A stretch of DNA of 32,000 bases from Methylorubrum extorquens (GTDB lineage Bacteria > Pseudomonadota > Alphaproteobacteria > Rhizobiales > Beijerinckiaceae): NCBI GenBank assembly GCA_900234795.1, contig LT962688.1:1470001-1502000 (forward strand). Direction: 5' to 3'. Under the pieces are notes generated by a model. The model made no database searches and was not told the origin of the DNA. It worked only from the letters and a program-made list of their open reading frames with translations. Positions 28,436 through 32,000 of this stretch are shown in pieces; the first letter of the stretch is position 1; each line of letters opens with the position of its first letter. Position numbers and translations under genes: made by a program.

Positions 28436-29377
28436 ATGATGAAGAACTGGCTCGCTGCGGGCGCCATTGCGCTCACGGCCGGAATGACGACGACCGTCGC
28501 CCAGGCGCAGACGACCACGGTTCCCGGTGAGCAGGTCGGTCTGGCCGTTGGCGCGCCGCTCCCCGAGGGCATCTACGCCATCAACACCTTCACCTACCGC
28601 AGCCCGGATGGCCCGAACGCGACCGCGGTCGACACCGCCGTCAACATCCCGATCCTCGTGTGGGCGACCCCCTACGTGCCGTTCGGCGGCCGCCTCGAGT
28701 TCGTCGTGGCCCCCCCGACGGTGTTCACCTTCAGCCGCGCTGCTGGCGGCCGTGACACCTCGATCAACGTCGGCACCTTCGTCGGCGCGATCTGGGCGTT
28801 CGATCTCGGCGGCAACATCGGCGTCAGCTTGCTCGGCGGTTCGTACCTCAACGAGCTCAACGCCGGTCGCGGCGGCGGCCTGAACATCCTGGCCTCCAAC
28901 ACCTACCGTGTCGGCGGTGCCGTCAGCTACACCGGCGACGGCTGGAACCTGACCGCCAACCTGACCTACAACTTCTACGACTCGCCCAGCCGCTTCGACG
29001 GCCGCAACGGCATCCCCGGCTTCTTCGGACCGGTGCAGATCTCGGACGCGTTCAACCTCGACCTGACCGCGACCAAGAAGTTCGGCAAGTTCGAGATCGG
29101 CGCCATCGGCTACGGCACGGTCAACCTCGACCCGAACCTGCTCGCCTTCGTGAACGACCCGACCAGCCGCATCGGTCGCGGTGGCCGGTTCGCCCTCGGC
29201 GGCCTCATCGGCTACGACTTCGGACCGTTCTCGGTTCAGGCCTACGTCGCCCGTGATGTCGTGACCACGGCTGGCGTGCGCGAGAGCACCGATGGCTGGT
29301 TCCGCATCGTGGCCCCGCTCTACACCCCGGCGGCCGCTCCGGCCCCGGCTCCGGCCCCGCTCGTTCGCAAGTACTGA
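28436..29377 (+). CDS. Putative outer-membrane beta-barrel protein (porin/transporter-like)
   Basis: 313 aa from MMKNW. Signal peptide ending AQA|Q, alternating-hydrophobic Gly/Tyr/Asn-rich strands, C-terminal aromatic residue (..RKY). GGAAGGA lies upstream. Family assignment is not certain. Confidence 0.7.
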   Translation: MMKNWLAAGAIALTAGMTTTVAQAQTTTVPGEQVGLAVGAPLPEGIYAINTFTYRSPDGPNATAVDTAVNIPILVWATPYVPFGGRLEFVVAPPTVFTFSRAAGGRDTSINVGTFVGAIWAFDLGGNIGVSLLGGSYLNELNAGRGGGLNILASNTYRVGGAVSYTGDGWNLTANLTYNFYDSPSRFDGRNGIPGFFGPVQISDAFNLDLTATKKFGKFEIGAIGYGTVNLDPNLLAFVNDPTSRIGRGGRFALGGLIGYDFGPFSVQAYVARDVVTTAGVRESTDGWFRIVAPLYTPAAAPAPAPAPLVRKY

Positions 29378-29516
29378 GCTGATCGCTCCGATCGGGGGCG
29401 CCCATCGCGTCCCCGGTCTGTTCAAGGTCACGAAGCCGTCCCGCCGCAAGGCCGGGCGGCTTCGTCCGTTTCGGGACGATGCTTGAGCGTGAGAATGGCC
29501 CGGATACCGGAACGGG

Positions 29517-29536
29517 GCGGCCCCGGTGGGGGCCGC
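29517..29536 (-). terminator. GC hairpin just after the anti-sigma gene stop
   Basis: gcggcccc-ggtg-ggggccgc, an 8-bp perfect stem in the convergent gap with the OMP gene. Confidence 0.45.
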
Positions 29537-29541
29537 GCGTC

Positions 29542-30321
29542 CTACTCCCGGATCAGCTTGCCGGTGTAGATCACCTGCCCGGTGGGCTTGCCGGTGGGTG
29601 AGCCGCCCGGCGGCTCGACCGATACGGCGATGACGCCGTCCCCGCCGCGACCGGCCTCCGGCGGCAGGCGGATGCGGGTGGCCTCGCCTTCGACGAGGCC
29701 GATCGGCTTCGGGGCGGCGCCCGGCCCGACATACCAGAGTTCCAGGCTGCGGCCGGCCGGCGCCTGCGCCGCCACCGGCCGCACCCGGGCGGTGCCGGCT
29801 TCGGTGTCGACGCTGACGATCAGGGCCGGCAGGTCGCCCGCGCTCGTGACCACGGCGACGTAGCGGCCCTCCCTCGCGCCGCCCGCTCGCTCCCCGCCGG
29901 GCCGCGGCGCACCGGTGAGCACGACCAGCGCGAGGCCGGCGGCGACCAGCCCCGCCCCCGCCGCGGTGAAGCGCCAGAGCCGGAGCTGCCGCCGCAGGTC
30001 GCGCAGGCGGTTGTCGTTGGCGGCACCGGCTTGGTCCGGCCGGGGGGCGGGATCATCAGCGGCGGTGCCGCGCTCCCTCTCTTGAGCGATCTCTCGGGCG
30101 ATCTCCTGCCAGATATGGGCCGGCGGCTCGATTGCGGGCACGGCGCGCGCGAGCGGAGCGAGACGCCGCTCCCAGGCGCTCACGGCCGCCTCGGTGGCCG
30201 GATCGACCGCCCGCTCCAATTCGAACGCGGCGCGCTCCCCCGCATCGAGGGTGCCGAGCACGTACTCGGCCGCCCGCAGGTCGCGTTCCGCCGGTTCCGG
30301 TCTGCCGCTCCCGCCGCTCAC
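29542..30321 (-). CDS. Anti-sigma factor, RskA/anti-sigma-K-like, single-pass membrane protein
   Basis: GTG at 30321 overlaps the sigma gene TGA (GTGA). N-terminal AAEYVLGTLDAGERAAFE, TM segment LWRFTAAGAGLVAAGLALVVL, C-terminal RskA-like LELWYVGPGAAPKPIGL...VSVEPPGGSPTGKPTG. Confidence 0.8.
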   Translation of the reverse strand: MSGGSGRPEPAERDLRAAEYVLGTLDAGERAAFELERAVDPATEAAVSAWERRLAPLARAVPAIEPPAHIWQEIAREIAQERERGTAADDPAPRPDQAGAANDNRLRDLRRQLRLWRFTAAGAGLVAAGLALVVLTGAPRPGGERAGGAREGRYVAVVTSAGDLPALIVSVDTEAGTARVRPVAAQAPAGRSLELWYVGPGAAPKPIGLVEGEATRIRLPPEAGRGGDGVIAVSVEPPGGSPTGKPTGQVIYTGKLIRE

Positions 30322-30872
30322 GCGATATGCTCCAGGCAGGATTTCAGGGCGGCCAGCGTCCGGTGCAGCCAGGTCTTCACGGTGTTGACGGGCCGCTCGA
30401 AGCGTTCGGCGAGTTCCTCGCGGGACCAGCCCTCGCAATAGGCCAGCACGACGCAGTCGCGCTGGGTCGGATCGAGCCGGGACAGGCAGGCGACGAGCGC
30501 CTCGCGGTCGAGGAAGGCGCCTTCCTCGTCGGTCGGGGCGACGAGGCGCTCCATCCAGGCCTCCCCGCTGTCACCAGACGGCATCGGAACCTCGCTCCGG
30601 CGGCGCAGGCCGTCGATGGCCCGGTTGCGCGCGATCGTACACAGCCACGGAAGCGGGGCCCCGGCCGAGGGCGCGTAGGAACCCGCCGATTGCCAGAGCT
30701 TCAGGTAGACATCCTGAAGCACGTCCTCGGCGAGGCTCCGGTCTCGTTGGATACGCAGGATGATCCCGAAAAGTTTCGGCGCGGTCCGGTCGTAGAGCGC
30801 CCGCAGGGCCGCCACGTCCCGGCGGGCGACGCGGTCCAGCAGCCCGGCCAGTTCTCCGTCGTGCGGCGTCAC
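30318..30872 (-). CDS. ECF-type RNA polymerase sigma-70 family factor
   Basis: 184 aa, GTG start with GGGAG upstream. Region 2 (AEDVLQDVYLKLW, ARNRAIDGLRR) and region 4 (REELAERFERPVNTVKTWLHR). Confidence 0.9.
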   Translation of the reverse strand: MTPHDGELAGLLDRVARRDVAALRALYDRTAPKLFGIILRIQRDRSLAEDVLQDVYLKLWQSAGSYAPSAGAPLPWLCTIARNRAIDGLRRRSEVPMPSGDSGEAWMERLVAPTDEEGAFLDREALVACLSRLDPTQRDCVVLAYCEGWSREELAERFERPVNTVKTWLHRTLAALKSCLEHIA

Positions 30873-31311
30873 GGCCCGCTCCCGGCGGACGCGGCGCGGA
30901 GGGAGGTCGTCGGAGGACGCGGCATGGTTCCGGGGCGTCTGGATGGGAGGCGCCCGCCGGGCGCTCAGCGCGGCGGGACAGGGAGCGGCACCCTATCGGA
31001 GGCTTTGCCGACGCACCACAGGCCGTGACGGCCTCGGCAGGGCAATCGCGAAGCCGTTCGGCGGTTTCGCGGCGCGAAGAAGCGCGGTGCGGAGCGAAAG
31101 GAGGAGGGCGCAGTGCCCGGCCCCGGCGCCGGTGCCTTTCGACGCGGCGGCGGGCGGGTGTCGGCGCGAGATGCGCCGCCTATCTGTGTCGGAAGCGCAG
31201 CCCGGCGAACCTTGCGGACGGGAGACGGATGCGGCCGCCCCGGCGGCCGCCGTTTCCGCACAAGTCGGTCCACGGGCGGCGGCGGAGTGGGGCGCAGGGA
31301 AATCGCAGAAC

Positions 31312-32000
31312 ATGTCCGCGCACGGCGAATTCAGGATTCCGGCCGCCCTGCAGCCGAAGGCCGGCGACTACGCCTACGATCTGGAGCGGGCGCTGACTTC
31401 GGTCGTGTCCCTCTCCTCGCGGGTGCCGGCGGAGGCCTTCACGGCGGAGACGCTCGGCACCGAGCGGGCGGGCAACGGCGTGGTGATCCGCGAGGACGGG
31501 CTGGTGCTCACCATCGGCTACCTCGTGCTGGAGGCCGAGAGCGTCTGGCTCACCACTCATGACGGGCGCTCGGTGCCGGCCCACGTCGTCGGCTATGACG
31601 GGGAGACCGGCTTCGGCCTCGTCCAGGCGCTCGGCCGCCTCGGCCTGCCCGCTCTGAGGCTCGGGCGCTCGGATACGCTGAAGGTCGGCGAGCGGGCGGT
31701 GATCGCGGGGGGCGGGCGGACGCTCGCACAGCCTCGCGGTCGAACTCGTCGCCCGGCAGGAATTCGCCGGCTACTGGGAGTACGTCCTCGACGACGCCCT
31801 GTTCACCACCCCTGCCCATCCCCACTGGGGCGGCACCGCCCTGATCGGGCCCGACGGCGCGCTGGTCGGCATCGGCTCGCTTCAGCTCCAGCAGGGCGGC
31901 ACGGGGGCGGGTCGGGCGATCAACATGGTCGTGCCGATCGAACTCCTGCCGCCGATCCTGACCGATCTCGAGACCCGCGGCCGGGCCGACCGCCCGCCCC
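31312..32000 (+). pseudogene. Trypsin-fold (S1C/HtrA-like) protein lacking the catalytic triad; +1 frameshift in a G6 run (31707-31712); 3' end outside the window
   Basis: Frame 1 from the ATG at 31312 gives ...GNGVVIREDGLVLTIGYLV...VGYDGETGFGLVQ...KVGERAVIAG. From 31727 the conserved continuation HSLAVELVARQEFAGYWEYVLDDALFTTPAHPHWGGTALIGPDGALVGIGSL... is in frame 2. This ORF is absent from the ORF track because it has no stop within the window. Confidence 0.7.

Noticed and set aside
30890-30931. ECF-type promoter candidate on the minus strand: GGAAC (30931-30927), N17, CGAC, upstream of the sigma gene
   Set aside because: Only the -35-like pentamer is convincing. The -10 part is arbitrary, and I found no matching motif upstream of the neighbouring OMP or trypsin-fold genes.
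31113-31562. 149-aa ORF starting at a GTG preceded by a strong AGGAGG
   Set aside because: It uses many rare codons (CGA, GGA, TTG, TGT), gives a Gly/Arg-rich product, and overlaps the clearly homologous trypsin-fold gene in another frame.

Overview
This is a high-GC window (roughly 70% by eye, not computed), typical of an alphaproteobacterial chromosome. Gene content and the intergenic hairpin repeats suggest Methylobacterium/Hyphomicrobiales, but I cannot verify that. It looks mostly like core genome. I support about 28 coding genes. Minus strand, 1-3.1 kb: a small basic protein, a DoxX membrane protein, a small acidic protein, rimO, and a yafQ/dinJ toxin-antitoxin pair. Plus strand: a translationally coupled pabB-pabA-pabC operon. 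Then pncA, qor, a two-gene operon of tiny unknown proteins, a UbiH/COQ6-family monooxygenase split by a frameshift, a DUF488 gene and a GH25 lysozyme lipoprotein. Next come a Crp/Fnr regulator, a GAF-PAS-HWE histidine kinase and a single-domain receiver. An RND pump has its membrane-fusion adaptor encoded divergently. These are followed by a NIT-domain chemoreceptor, an atypical soluble MCP-like protein, uvrA, an outer-membrane beta-barrel protein, and an ECF sigma/anti-sigma pair. The window ends with a frameshifted trypsin-fold protein that lacks the catalytic triad. I found no rRNA, tRNA, CRISPR array, transposase or integrase. Non-coding content includes a family of hairpin-cluster (REP/MITE-like) repeats at three loci, a separate nested inverted-repeat element, a perfect CtrA-type box, a CRP-geometry palindrome, phased direct repeats, and a ~186-nt rod-like candidate RNA in a 412-bp divergent intergenic region. 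I did not find a clear multi-gene novel system. The best leads are the inverted-architecture MCP-like protein, the sigma/anti-sigma/pseudoprotease/OMP neighbourhood, the tiny two-gene operon next to the candidate structured RNA, and two independent +1 frameshifts that both sit in G6 runs. The many long ORFs antisense to real genes are high-GC artefacts.
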